A stretch of 62,338 bases of DNA, filler included, from Diploschistes diacapsis (lineage: Eukaryota), in assembly GCA_023645945.1 (NCBI GenBank). It is 7 parts of 7 records of this genome, joined end to end, with 100 filler letters (N's around TTAATTAATTAA, not from the genome) between each part and the next. Parts side by side here need not be neighbours in the genome. Positions count along the whole stretch, not along the records: positions 1 to 25,033 come from JALAIB010000224.1; positions 25,134 to 27,478 come from JALAIB010002248.1; positions 27,579 to 29,922 come from JALAIB010002249.1; positions 30,023 to 55,012 come from JALAIB010000225.1; 3 more parts are not named here. One strand, given 5' to 3'. The notes beneath the pieces were generated by a model, which saw only the letters and a program-made list of their open reading frames with translations, did no database searches and was not told the DNA's origin. Shown piece by piece: positions 21,239 to 32,398 of this stretch. A program made the translations under genes and the position numbers. Within the stretch, counting starts at the first letter, position 1; every line of letters starts with the position of its first letter.

Positions 21239-24225
21239 TCAGTTGGCGACATAAGTCCCGCTCGTCAACTTCCTTACCGCAGTCACATCCCTGTAGCCCG
21301 CCGAAGAGCCCGCCACCGTACCATCGTCGGCGAACGGATCGGTGCCCCCTCCCTCCTCTCTCGAGCCGGACGTGGCACGACTGATGCCCAAGCTACTTCC
21401 CAAGCCTGCGGCCTGCTCCCCGCCTATCTCCCACCGCGCCTCCACGTTGCCTGGCCTGGCCTCGCCCTCGGTACCAAATCGAGCCAGTAGCCTTGGCGTG
21501 CTCTCGGCTGACTTCTCCAGTGTCACGTCGCCAAGGCGCCAGTATATCATGTTCTTCTCCCTGGAGAAGGTGCCGACGGGCTTGGACTGGCAAGCTGTGG
21601 CCTTCGCGCCTTCGATGTTGATGACCAGGACCACGTTCTGCAAAGTGATGCTCGTTTTCTCCGTCAGAAGATGGTGGTTGAATGAGTAATGTAGCATCAC
21701 AGAAGTTTGTGTAGCTTCGACTTTCCAGTTTGGTCGCAGAATTACCGGTGAGTACGGCGATAGCGCACTATCCTCCAGATGCACTTGATATTTGAACGCT
21801 ACCTGTGGTCTTGACAGCTGCGAGGTGTCTATTGTATACTCACCGGACTTCCCTGGTACTTGGTTGACAAACAGCGGGTTTGGCGCTACCTTGTAGAGAA
21901 CGGAAAAGTTCTCCAGGCGGATGACGTCGGCCTTGGAATCCGTCTTCTCTCCGTTGTGTACAAGCGCTAGTTCTCCTACAACCATGGCCTTGACAGCCTC
22001 GCCGTTCTGGAAAGAAGTGCTGATAATCTCGATAATGGAAGCGTTTAGGCCTGGTTCTTGCATTTCCGGATGCCTCGGGACGCCCACGCCCAAGCTGCTC
22101 AGAGAACGACCGGATCGAATGGACTGCGTGTCAGCTCCCCTATCGTCAGTAGAAGTCCGCTGAAATTTCGGCGTGCTGGGGAAAATTGCTGGATCAGTGA
22201 GAGAAAGTCCTGAGATTCCAGATGCATTATCTGATGGTGGCGGATTGGGGATAAAAATTGTATTTCTGACATCTCTTCGGCCTCGGAGAGTGCCTTGCTT
22301 TCGCGGCGTTGGCACTGCTTGCTATACAATAATCAGTCACAAACTGCTTCCTCACATTGTGGAGTTTATGATGCCTACCGCTCGCAAAGTACTCGCCATG
22401 TTTGATAGAGCTGCTTTTTGCGCATCACTATTTTCTTCCTGTATGGGCTCATTGCGAATGTTGAGCTTGAATTGTGGTTGATTGCTCTCACTGTCCATGT
22501 TAGTTGTATCCTCGGAAGGAAAGTTACTGTTTGACCCACGTTGTGGCTGCTTCTTGCTGGGCCCTGGTGATTTCGTCCACAACTGAGCCTGTGCCACCCT
22601 AGAGATTGTGAATATAGCAGCACTCTTATAGTGAGAAGGCGGCATACTTCTTCATAGATCGTAGAGGGCGGTCTTGCCCTACGCTCTTCTGAAGCTGCTG
22701 TAGGTGCAGTTGTGCCGTTCGCCATTGTATTAGGTTGGCTTATGCTATGTTGTGACTCTTCTCCGTTGACTGTCGGAGCTGCTGGTTGCGGCTCTGCAGA
22801 GACACTTCTCGACAATGATCGCTTTTCTTGTGAGGGATCTGGCGTTCGTGGGCCCTGCCTTGAAGAAGTATCCGCAAGTTCTGTCATGGATAAATTTGGC
22901 GAAGGGATCACCTGCATATCTCGAGCGGTAGAGTGCCGTCGAAGTGGATTTCTACTACCTTTAATTCGCCTCTCTGGTGGCGGCTTTTCTGGCTTGGGTG
23001 TTGCTGATTCTTTACTCCAACGCATGACTGTTCCGAGCCGCTTCAAGCCGCCGAACCCGCTCCTCTTCCTCTCTGCCAAAGTGAGTAAGCAAATTTCCTT
23101 GAAAATAACATTTCTTGAGTAACATACCGGGAGTAGCAGGTGGAGGTGGATTCCTTAGTCCACCAGATACAGAAGATATCTCGCTCCGTCGGTCGTCCAT
23201 GGATGGTGTAGGCAGATGTGGCATCAGGGTTGTTGGCGTTTCCGGAGTTAGAGGCACTGGTGCAGATAGCGTTTCCGGAGTGGCGCGTGAAGTACCAGGC
23301 CTACTTTGTCCCCTGTGCGAAGCCAAAGAAGGCATCCCTTCTGATGCACGTGCTACAAAAGAAGAAATCTCATCTGCCGTGCTGACATTCAAGATTGCCT
23401 CGAGCGAGCTAGCAGCTGTGGCCTGGCTTCTCTCTAGTGCGTCCACCTCATGCGTCTGATACTGGGTGAGAGCATCACGAAGATGATCGACCCTGTTCTC
23501 ATCCAGTGCCTGGAGTTGCTCGAAAACAAACGGTGCTTGTGATTCCCACAACTGGCTCGCTTCCTGAACTCCAGATAAGGCGCTCGATAGCTTGCTGGTG
23601 TCTGCCCTTGAACCTTTGGCTTGTAGTTTATCCGCCTTCTTCTGAGCTTCATCGAAATCCCTGGCCACGGATGCCAAGTTGCCTTTGACGTTCCCTATGC
23701 CTTGCATTTCCCGGTTCTTGCTTTGGTATTCACGCAGAGGTCGCTCGACGTCAACTGCAATTTTGTGGGCAAAAGTTTCGTGAGCATCTGCGAGCGATTC
23801 ACATGAGGCAACAATACTCTGCCATGGTGTCTCGAAGACACTGCAGATATTTAGCTTGCTGCGGCTTAAGCTGAAGGGCATCAACCTACCCGAGACTTCC
23901 CGCATCAGATTGCCTTCTCTGTGAGAGCTTGCGCAGACTCTGCGCGTAACTGTCTTCAATGCGCCGTCGCTCCTGCCTCGCTTCAGTTATATTCACGTAG
24001 AGTACGCCTGTACTTACGGCAAGCCAGTCGGTAATGTCATTGTTGACCCTGCTTATCAAAGCAATCCGTTCATTAAGAACTGTTACCGCTTGCAAGGGCG
24101 ATAGAGTTGTCTAAATATCGTCAGACCGCCATCAACGTTCTACCGAGCTCACCCGAAACGGTCTTTCTCTGCCTTGTCATGCGACTTACGAAAAGAGCTG
24201 GGTATTCTTGGCGCGAAAGCTCCAT
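21239..24225 (-). CDS. SYP1: Muniscin endocytic adaptor (F-BAR + mu-homology domain), Syp1/FCHo, 8 exons
   Basis: MELSRQEYPAL start; F-BAR DWLA|ERRRIEDSYAQSLRKL...WESQAPFVFEQLQALDENR; RGRRDVRNTIF; muHD GLNASIIE...VVGELAL...RKLTSGTYVA. Seven GT-AG introns reconcile the ORF fragments. Confidence 0.9.
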
Positions 24226-24622
24226 GACGATTTAGAAATAAACGACTTATATACACAAACAAAAACAAGAGCAAACGCATGTCTCAGTTACTTGAGTTAT
24301 TGAGAGCAAGCGAAGAGGCTCTGTTTGGAATGGGAGGAGCTCGGCTCGGCTGAGGCGGAAGCCTGATCCTACTCCTGATGACGGGCACTGGCGATCGCCA
24401 ACAGAGGCCAGCATTTCAATATATCTTCTGCTAGAAGTATACTCAATAACCCCCCTACTATATAGAATTCCAGATTTTGTAACTTGAAGTGGCAGGTGTT
24501 AAGAGCCCACACGTGCAATTAAAGGCTTTCTATTAATAAACCTTAAAAGCCACCTGCCCAAGCTGCTTGTCGTTGGATGGGCCTCGCTCTTTTCGATTTT
24601 GGGATATAGGTATCTAGATAAG

Positions 24623-25033
24623 ATGGCCGAAGCGCTTGTTGTTGTCAGTATGGCCGAAAGGCTATCTGCTACAATGAAGATGTGTGTGAGCAGAAATCTT
24701 GTCTATTTTCCGGGCTCTAGCACTGCTGATGTAGGGAATCTATAGCATGGCCCAATGTAAGCGGGCATCGCCAGAGTTAGAGAAGAACGAGCTTCGCAAG
24801 CAGGCGCAAGAGATAGAAGGTGACATTTACAGCAATGCTACATCAAGTGTTCGTCAGAAAATACAAGCATTACGGTCTACCAAGTTAAGGCTAATGCCGA
24901 GCAAGGAGGACTATCAGAACCGCTGCGAGGAAGCTATCTCAGCCCTCCACATCCCCCAAGAGATATCAGACTCGGCCACCTCCCCAACAACAGCCGATGC
25001 CCCCTTCTCCCCCTCCCTCTCCATCCAGCGCAT
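24623..25033 (+). CDS. 5' part of a hypothetical gene cut by the contig end
   Basis: ATG 24623 with intron 24682-24745 (GTGTGT..GCTGAT..TAG) gives MAEALVVVSMAERLSATMKIMAQCKRASPELEKNELRKQAQE..., open to the gap. Confidence 0.4.
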
Positions 25034-25133
25034 NNNNNNNNNNNNNNNNNNNNNNNNNNNNNNNNNNNNNNNNNNNNTTAATTAATTAANNNNNNNNNNN
25101 NNNNNNNNNNNNNNNNNNNNNNNNNNNNNNNNN
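25034..25133. other. Artificial contig spacer (also at 27479-27578, 29923-30022, 55013-55112, 57457-57556, 59899-59998)
   Basis: Identical 44N-TTAATTAATTAA-44N block with stop codons in all six frames. Confidence 0.98.
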
Positions 25134-25281
25134 TTTATAATAAATCGACGAATACTATTTTCGAAGTCCGATTATCGTGAACTTACTCGAATATTTAATT
25201 TAATTAACGTTTTAAATTCTCGTCACGAGTACGAAAGTAAAGTAAGCTTTTCGAATATAAAACGTTAACGTAAAAATAGAA

Positions 25282-26026
25282 TATTATATTACCGGAGGCT
25301 AAGTCTGATCCGGAAGGATTACGTGTAACTAGATATCTACAAATAAAAGATCTCGATTCGAAAAGCTAGAGAAGAAACTATCTAGATGGGAAGGTGGCAG
25401 GAATAAATAGTGTGTGGGTGCCAGCCCTACGGGGTTTCGGGTCCTACCCGCCTACACAGCCACCTCCTAAAATCCTTGGCACGGATGGCACCTGTCATGT
25501 GACCCTGCCGTGGTCATGTGACCCTGGCATGGCTTGGCAGGCACCTGGGCTGAGCTGTCTCAGATGACTAAGAGTGTATTCTGCAGCTAGTCCTAACTAG
25601 GAAATAATCCCTAGCCTGCCTAGCCTAGTAGCTGACTATTATACAGTCATAATATATTAAAGAGGTCGAAGGTTATAACTAAGAACAATGGAGGGTGAGA
25701 GGCCTTTTATAGGCACATTTCATGCTAGTTTGATTAGTAATCATGATTCTAGAATGTTCTTTATCCTTTTAAATTATTCTATGCATTAGTAAGCCGAATA
25801 TTCTAGAATATTCTAGAATATTCGAAGTATATTTGGAACATCCTGAACGTTTATAGGTTCAAGGGTTGAACCCCCTAGGGCTGTAAGGCTGACCTGGGAA
25901 GTATTTATACGTCGCTACATCCCACCTAGTTAGTTCTGCACCTTTTCGAATCTGAACCATTCAGCCTACAGATGCCCAGTTACACGTAATTCTTCCGGAT
26001 CAGGCTCAGCCCCCGGTAGTGTAGCA
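25282..26026. repeat. Inverted pair of related ~175-bp repeats (solo-LTR-like, or long TIRs)
   Basis: 25282-~25458 (tattatattaccggaggctaagtctgatccggaaggattacgtgtaact...) aligns with the reverse complement of ~25848-26026 (tgctacactaccgggggctgagcctgatccggaagaattacgtgtaact...). Differences in this aligned outer part are mostly C>T/G>A. Confidence 0.7.
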
Positions 26027-26338
26027 TAGGCTGGCCGTCACTGACACTGACACTGCCGGTGTCAGTGTCAGTATTTTAGATTTTTTCGTTGCGGTATCCG
26101 TGTCCGTGCTTTCACTGCAGTACAGTGTCCGTGTTAATATCCGTGCCGAGAAAATTTTTGCTGCGATATCCGTATTCGTACTTTTATTATAATATAATAT
26201 CCGTGTTAATATCCGTATTAAAAATAATTTAATTACGGTATCCGTATTCGTGAATATATTATAATATAATATCCGTATTAGTATTCGTGTTAAAAATATT
26301 TGGCTACGATGTCTATATCCGTATTGTAATATAGTATC
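26027..26338. mobile_element. Partial copy of the hAT-type MITE, ending at a copia LTR
   Basis: Starts TAGGCTGGCCGTCACTGACACTGACAC, the reverse complement of the end of 28309-28900, and carries the same GTGTCCGTGT internal repeats. Confidence 0.85.
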
Positions 26339-27478
26339 TGTTGAGCAACGTAATGGATATATTGAAGTCTAGAGGTCTTATCCTATGAAAATATTTTACT
26401 GCGCAGACTTTTATATCCTATGCGATCCGCTAAACCTTATTACATTACTCCCGATCGGTCTAGTCAAAATCCTAGAAAATTCAGTTGAACTGAACCTCGA
26501 AATTCAACTAAACTAAACTCCCGACTAGAATTTAGTCGAATTTTTAGCCATGCCTTCTATTTATCTACTTAACATTCCTTTACAGACAGAATCGTCTAGT
26601 ATATCTATATAATCTAATTAAATATCTTTTAAACTAGGCCGAGTTCTTTAATAAAGGCGTCGTGCTTCGAATAATTTAATGGCTTCGTAAGCTCGTCAGC
26701 AACCATTTTATCGATAAAAACATAAGATATTTTAACACGTCTTTGTTTAACAGGATCTCGTACTTAATAACAAGTAATATCTATATACTTTAAACTGTCG
26801 TTGATCTTTGCGTGTTATATTAGATTTAAAGAACCAATATTGTCACTAAATAAACTAATAATATATAGAAATAATCCTATAAGTTCAGGATAGCTAATAT
26901 CTCTTAATATTACGTTTTATTAATTATCTCGAAGGATTCCTTACCTAATTCAATGCCGTCGTATCCATTAAACGGGATTTTTTGGCCTTTATATATGTCA
27001 GTTATCATGTTAAAACGCTAAAGCATCTTCTCGATGTATGCCTCTTGATCAGCTGAACTAACCCTGAACCTAAATTGCGCTGTCGCTGAATTCTCATGCC
27101 TAAAAACTTTTTAATCTTCTTTAGGTCCTTGATCTTGTAACGTTCAGCTAGTGCTTTCTCAAACTAACATACATCATGCAGGTCTGGCGCTGCTATACTA
27201 ATATCGTTTATGTAAAGATTATTTAGTAGCTTTTAGCCTCGCAAAATAAAAACGTATAAATCAATATTAAATCGGACGAATCTTAAATTTAGGATTATAA
27301 TGCCGCATTCTTCATGTTAATCTTTAATTATTTATTTTAAGCCATATAAGTTTTTATTAATTTTAAACACGGTATTTTTTGGGACGTTATATCCTTTTAA
27401 TGCGGTTATATAGATTTAATACGTCAATAATGTATCGATGAAGGCGTTATTAACGTCTATTTAATAACATTTTAGATC
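26339..27478 (-). mobile_element. RIP-degraded Ty1/copia 3' end (RT, RNase H, 236-bp LTR at 26339-26574), internally deleted near 26.92 kb
   Basis: Minus-strand KNLYGLK, LYINDISIA (YVDD relic) and KYIDI...KMVADELTKPL. LTR TGTT...AACA preceded by a short purine tract. Confidence 0.88.
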
Positions 27479-27578
27479 NNNNNNNNNNNNNNNNNNNNNN
27501 NNNNNNNNNNNNNNNNNNNNNNTTAATTAATTAANNNNNNNNNNNNNNNNNNNNNNNNNNNNNNNNNNNNNNNNNNNN

Positions 27579-29126
27579 ATATTATGTATTTAACGATTTA
27601 TACGAGATTAGACATCGCATTTACTATTAGAAAATCAAGCCAGTATATGATTAATTTATATATCAATTATTTATATATCTTAAAAAGATTATTCCGTTAT
27701 ATTCGGAAAATAAAAAATATTAAAATTTAATATAGTCTGAATTTAAACTTTTAAAATTACGGGGATATTTCGATATAGATTATAAGGAAGATAAGTTAGA
27801 TCGAAAGTTTACGTATGAATATATCTTTTAGTTATACGGTGGATCAATATCTTAAATAAATAAGAAGTAGAATTCAGTTTTAACGTTAATTATAGAAGCT
27901 AAATATATTAATTTATCTCACGCCGCTAAATAGGTCTTATAATGTTTATAATTCTTAAAAAATATTAACTATTCTGATCTTATAGGACCATTTTTATATA
28001 CTATCAATCTATTCGATAATAATATTAGTTCTTTAAATTTAATAAAATACGTAAAGATTAACGACCGTTTAAAATACGTCGATATTATTTATCATCACGT
28101 ACGAGATCTTGTTAAGTAAGGACGTATTAGGGTATCTTATGTCTTTATCAATAAAATAATTAGTAATAGACTTACGAAACCATTAAATTACTCGAAGTAC
28201 GACGCCTTTATTAAAGGACTCGGCCTAGTTAAAAAGATATCTAGTTAGACTATATAGATATACCGGACGATTCCGCCTGTGGGGAAGTATTGAATAGATA
28301 GATAAAAGTAGGCTGGCCGTTTCGTGCCACGGTCACTGACACGGACACTGCAGCAAAAATTTTCAAAACACGGACATTGACACGGACACGATAGCTAAAA
28401 TTTTAAAACACGGATACTAATACGGACACTATATTGTAGTAAAAGCACGGACACGGATATTATAATTAAAATTTTTAAAACATTGATACTGACACGGACA
28501 CTACATTTCCGTGAATCCACCGAAATACTACGATGAATCCACCGAAACATCGTAATAAAATTTTTTTAAAAAAATAAAAGCGTAAGAAATAGACAGAATA
28601 ATTCCAGAATTATTAAAATTAAAAAAATAAGTTAAAATGTTTCGATAAATGCACGAATACGGATATCGTAATAAAAAAATTTTCGATACGAACACTGACA
28701 CGGACATTACATTATAATAAAAGCACGGACACGGATATTATAATTAAAATTTTTAAAACATTGATACTAACACGGATACTGCATTTCCGTAAATCCACGA
28801 ACACGGACACCGCAGCTAAAAAATCTAAAACACGGATATTGACACTGTCAGTGTCCGTGTCACTGACACGGCCGTGTCAGTGTCAGTGACGGCCAGCCTA
28901 GATAAAAGGCATGGCTAGGAGTTCGACTAAGTTTTAGAAAGAAGTCTAATTCAGCTGAACTTCAAGGTTCAGTTCAGCTGAACCTTCTGGAATTCTAATT
29001 AGACCGATTAAAGAATAGTGTAAGTAGTAGGGCTTAGCGTATCCCACGAGGATAAAAGTCTGCAAAGTAGGATAACCTCCTGGAGTAGACCTCTAGACTT
29101 CAATATATCCATTACGTTGCCAAACA
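27579..29126 (+). mobile_element. Second copy of the same Ty1/copia family (RT end, RNase H, 3' LTR 28288-29126 interrupted by a MITE)
   Basis: RLDIAF, GYFDIDYKEDKLDRKFT, LKYVDIIYHHVRD and LTKPL relics. DNA closely similar to the reverse complement of 26339-26900. PPT GGGGAAG. Confidence 0.88.
28309..28900. mobile_element. 592-bp non-autonomous hAT-superfamily element (MITE)
   Basis: 12-bp TIR TAGGCTGGCCGT...ACGGCCAGCCTA and a perfect 8-bp TSD GATAAAAG (28301-28308 and 28901-28908). Many ACACGGACAC repeats; no ORF. Confidence 0.93.
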
Positions 29127-29697
29127 TTATAAATATTTAAATCTAAAATATTATATTTATTAATTACGTTACTTACGAGGTCGAATTAATTTCGTACGAC
29201 TTGAAATCTTTAATTAATATTTTTTAACAATCGATTTTACGTTAAAATCGCATTTTAAGCATTTTTTACCTTCGTACGAAATTTTATATTTATCGTGATC
29301 CGATCGGCCGCGCATTTCGAGCTACGTGCATTAAATTAATTATATCGCGTATGTTGTTTTATCGCGGCGGAAAATCATATTCGATTAAATTAATCGTACG
29401 TTTAAGAATCCTTTTTTAACACGATTAAATGTACTAAGTTAACTAAAATATCGTATCTTAAAATACGATCACCGCGTCGAGCAATAAGCGTCGTACGAAG
29501 AAATTTATATATTTAAAATACGCGTTTTATATTAAGATTTAGGTCTTATTTAATAGCCTAAAGTATTATTATGATTCTATTTTTAATTAAAGATGATTCT
29601 ATAATCGTACGCGTAGAAAATTAATACAAAAGTTGAAAGTTTGTAAAATCGGATGGGGGGTGTCCGCTCGCTATGAGTGTCCGCTCGCTATGCATAT
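29127..29697 (-). mobile_element. RIP-degraded Fot1/pogo DNA transposon 5' end
   Basis: Minus-strand relic IYKFLRTTLIARR (HTH-psq), YDFPPR, PIGSR*I*NFVRR, KYNILDLNIYN. Subterminal tandem TGTCCGCTCGCTATG x2 near 29661-29692. Confidence 0.8.
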
Positions 29698-30073
29698 ACA
29701 TTAATACGTATTTATTATCGTTAATAATATTGAAGCTTAATCGAATTCGCTTTTTAACTTCTCAAAATCTTTAACCATTCCGTACTCGTTCTTTTCGTGC
29801 CTTAAATAGACGATAAAATGTCGTTTTATAAACGTAAGTACGCGGTTACGTATAAAACCTACGACGATGAAAACGATCCGTTGACCTTACATATCCATAA
29901 TATAAAGTATTCTGTTAGAAATNNNNNNNNNNNNNNNNNNNNNNNNNNNNNNNNNNNNNNNNNNNNTTAATTAATTAANNNNNNNNNNNNNNNNNNNNNN
30001 NNNNNNNNNNNNNNNNNNNNNNCTCCATCCCCTTTCCCCACTGCCGACTCAAGTGCACACCAGACACAATCAA

Positions 30074-32398
30074 TCAATCATCCCCCCACGTCAAAAAACT
30101 ACTTACCTCCCACCCATTCCTCGCCGCATACTGTGCCTCCGGTGTGGTCCCGTGCAGGGTATCATAATGGATTTCGTCCGAGGCGTTTGCTCCACCCGAT
30201 TCGCCCTTGACGAGGCCGGCGACTGCTGTACCGACTCTATTTTTTCCGCCTGGCGTCAGCGTGTAGGAATAGACGGGACGAACAAGGGGCATAAAAGGAA
30301 AGGGGGAATGATGAAGCAGAAAGCAGATGCCATCCCTTGGGAAACAAAACACCTGGTAAAAGGAAGCTTACCTCTGCCCCTCAAACCAGGCCCCCTGCAG
30401 GAACCCATAATACTCTGGATGCGTCGCCTCGCCCGCAAACCACAGCCGCCCCACATTCGCCCGCAGGTTCTGGTGCATCTCCAGCGTCAGGCCTGTGCCC
30501 CAGTTCGAATAGCTGCCCCGCGCCCACTCCGTCGTCGTCCACCGCGGGACCAGGAAATCCAGCGGCTCCGGCACGTTCTCTGCGCCAAACATATTCCGCA
30601 GCACGGCGAGCACCTGCGACTTTGTGGTCTCGTCGGACTGCGCTTCGACGGTGTAGCTCTGGGCGTCGACGACGGTGACAAAGAGGATGCCGCTGCCGGG
30701 CAGGAAGCCGGGAGTGTCGAGGGATTGCCAGAGAGGATAGTAGCCGCGTGTGGTGGGGTCGGCGTAGAGGAAGAATTGGGTGGAGTGGGGCCAGAAGGTG
30801 GCGTTGAGGGGGAATTGGAGGAAGATCTTGGTGTAGGTGGCCATTGGCATGCTTTGGATTGCGGTCTGCTTCCAGCTTGGCAGGGCGGGGTGGAAGGAGA
30901 GAAGAGGGGTGGTGTTCGCGGGTGGGGTGATGGCGTTTTGGAGGACGCCGAGGGAGAAGGTTAAGATGGCGTAGGAGGCGGTGATGCAAGGGTTTGAGGC
31001 GTTGGAGGTGTGGATGGTTACCCCTGAGGAGGAGTGGGTGATATTTGTGACGACGGTGTTGAGGAGGAGGCGTGGGTCTGAGGGGGCGAGGTAGGTGGAG
31101 GCGATGCCCTTGATGAAGGTGGAGAAGCCGCGTTGGTCGTAGACGTAGTTATTCGCTTCAGAGAATTGGTAGAAGGTCGTGTTCTGGGATGGGGAACGAA
31201 GCGTTAGTCGGTTTATCTAGGGAACTGCGATAGAGGATGGATGTGAGAGCTTGGCGACAGGGGTGGTCACTCACATAGTTTACGATTGAGAATAGCTGAG
31301 AGCTTTCTTCCTGGACGTCGTACAACGCTGGTTAGCTTATCTTGATCGAGAAGATAGGAAATCGACAGCCCAAGATTAGCCATCAGTAGGACCAGTCACG
31401 CACGCCAGGATAGCTGAAATAGCTGGTCAATGCAGCAGGAGGGCAATATGAAAGAAAAGCCCGCCGACGCCATACCGGAGTCTGTGCATATTCCCAGTCA
31501 AACTGCCACCACTCCGCGGCCTGTTGCTCCGCATTCCCTCTCGGATTCCAGCCCGACAGACTCAAGCCCGTCCGGACGCTTCTGTCCTGGAGATTATCTG
31601 TAAGAATATAGCCCGCATCTTCCTCCAGCGTCGAGTACGAGTTATCGTAGTCGTTCAGGAGGTCGGTAAAGTCGTGAGCGCCTGACGCATTGAAAGTCTG
31701 GATCGAGCTGTAGTTTGAGTATCTAACATTTGGTAGTCAGTCATCATGGTACACTGAAGGGCCTTCGGAGGACTCAACGTGTTGGTCACATTGTACTTTT
31801 TGGCCTGCCGTCCAACACCTCGTCAGCAAGGTGCCAGCCTCACCAGGTCGGCATTCATCTCTTTCGCGTCCTCACCAGGGTCCAGATTGGATTCTCGGGC
31901 CCTCCTTTAGACACCAGCCCTTGCACCCAGTTTGCCCCGAGCTCGACCACATATGAACCCCCGTCAGCCTTCTTGCCAAAGTTGGTATGCGCAACACGGC
32001 CTCCGATGTCACTGTTGTACTCGACGACCAGAAAGTCGTCTACGGACGTATTGGCCAACGCTTGCTTGCGACATTCAGTCAGCATTCCGCGAGCCTTGCA
32101 GTCGTGAAGGCTTCATTGTAAGCTTACAGCGCTCGTGATTCCTGCAGCACCAGCGCCCCTGGTCCGGTCAGCTCGGTCAGACAAGCCTTACTCCAATGAC
32201 ATGGAGTCAAGGGGCTTGGCGATTTAACAGTCTCCTGAGGGGCAAAGTAAACATTGGAGGTAGAGCTCACAGGACTACTACTTTGGTTTGCCTACACTGC
32301 TGTCCAGAAGCATCATGGGCAATTGGCGCGCTTAGCGGCGCAGCTGTGCACGTCAAGAGGCCGCCCAGCGAGACAGCAAGTAGGAGGAGAACGAGCAT
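30074..32398 (-). CDS. FAD-dependent polyamine oxidase with signal peptide (multi-exon)
   Basis: Signal MLVLLLLAVSLGGLLTCTA; VVVL|GAGAAG FAD motif, IGGRV, VELGANWVQG, YTKIFLQFP, PRWTTTEWARGSYSNW, LWFAGEAT...GFLQGAWFEG; C-terminus HYDTLHGTT...NGWEVSSF. Confidence 0.92.

Noticed and set aside
25078..25089. Recurrent TTAATTAATTAA palindrome as a biological site
   Set aside because: Always centred in 44-N flanks; it is an assembly linker.
28320..28860. CRISPR-like look of short repeats separated by variable sequence
   Set aside because: The repeats are about 10 bp, degenerate and irregularly spaced. They lie within TIRs and an 8-bp TSD in a eukaryotic genome with no cas genes.
24623..32398. Gene disrupted by a TE cluster, or a functional cluster spanning 25-30 kb
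   Set aside because: The pieces are separate contigs joined by artificial spacers, so adjacency is not evidence.
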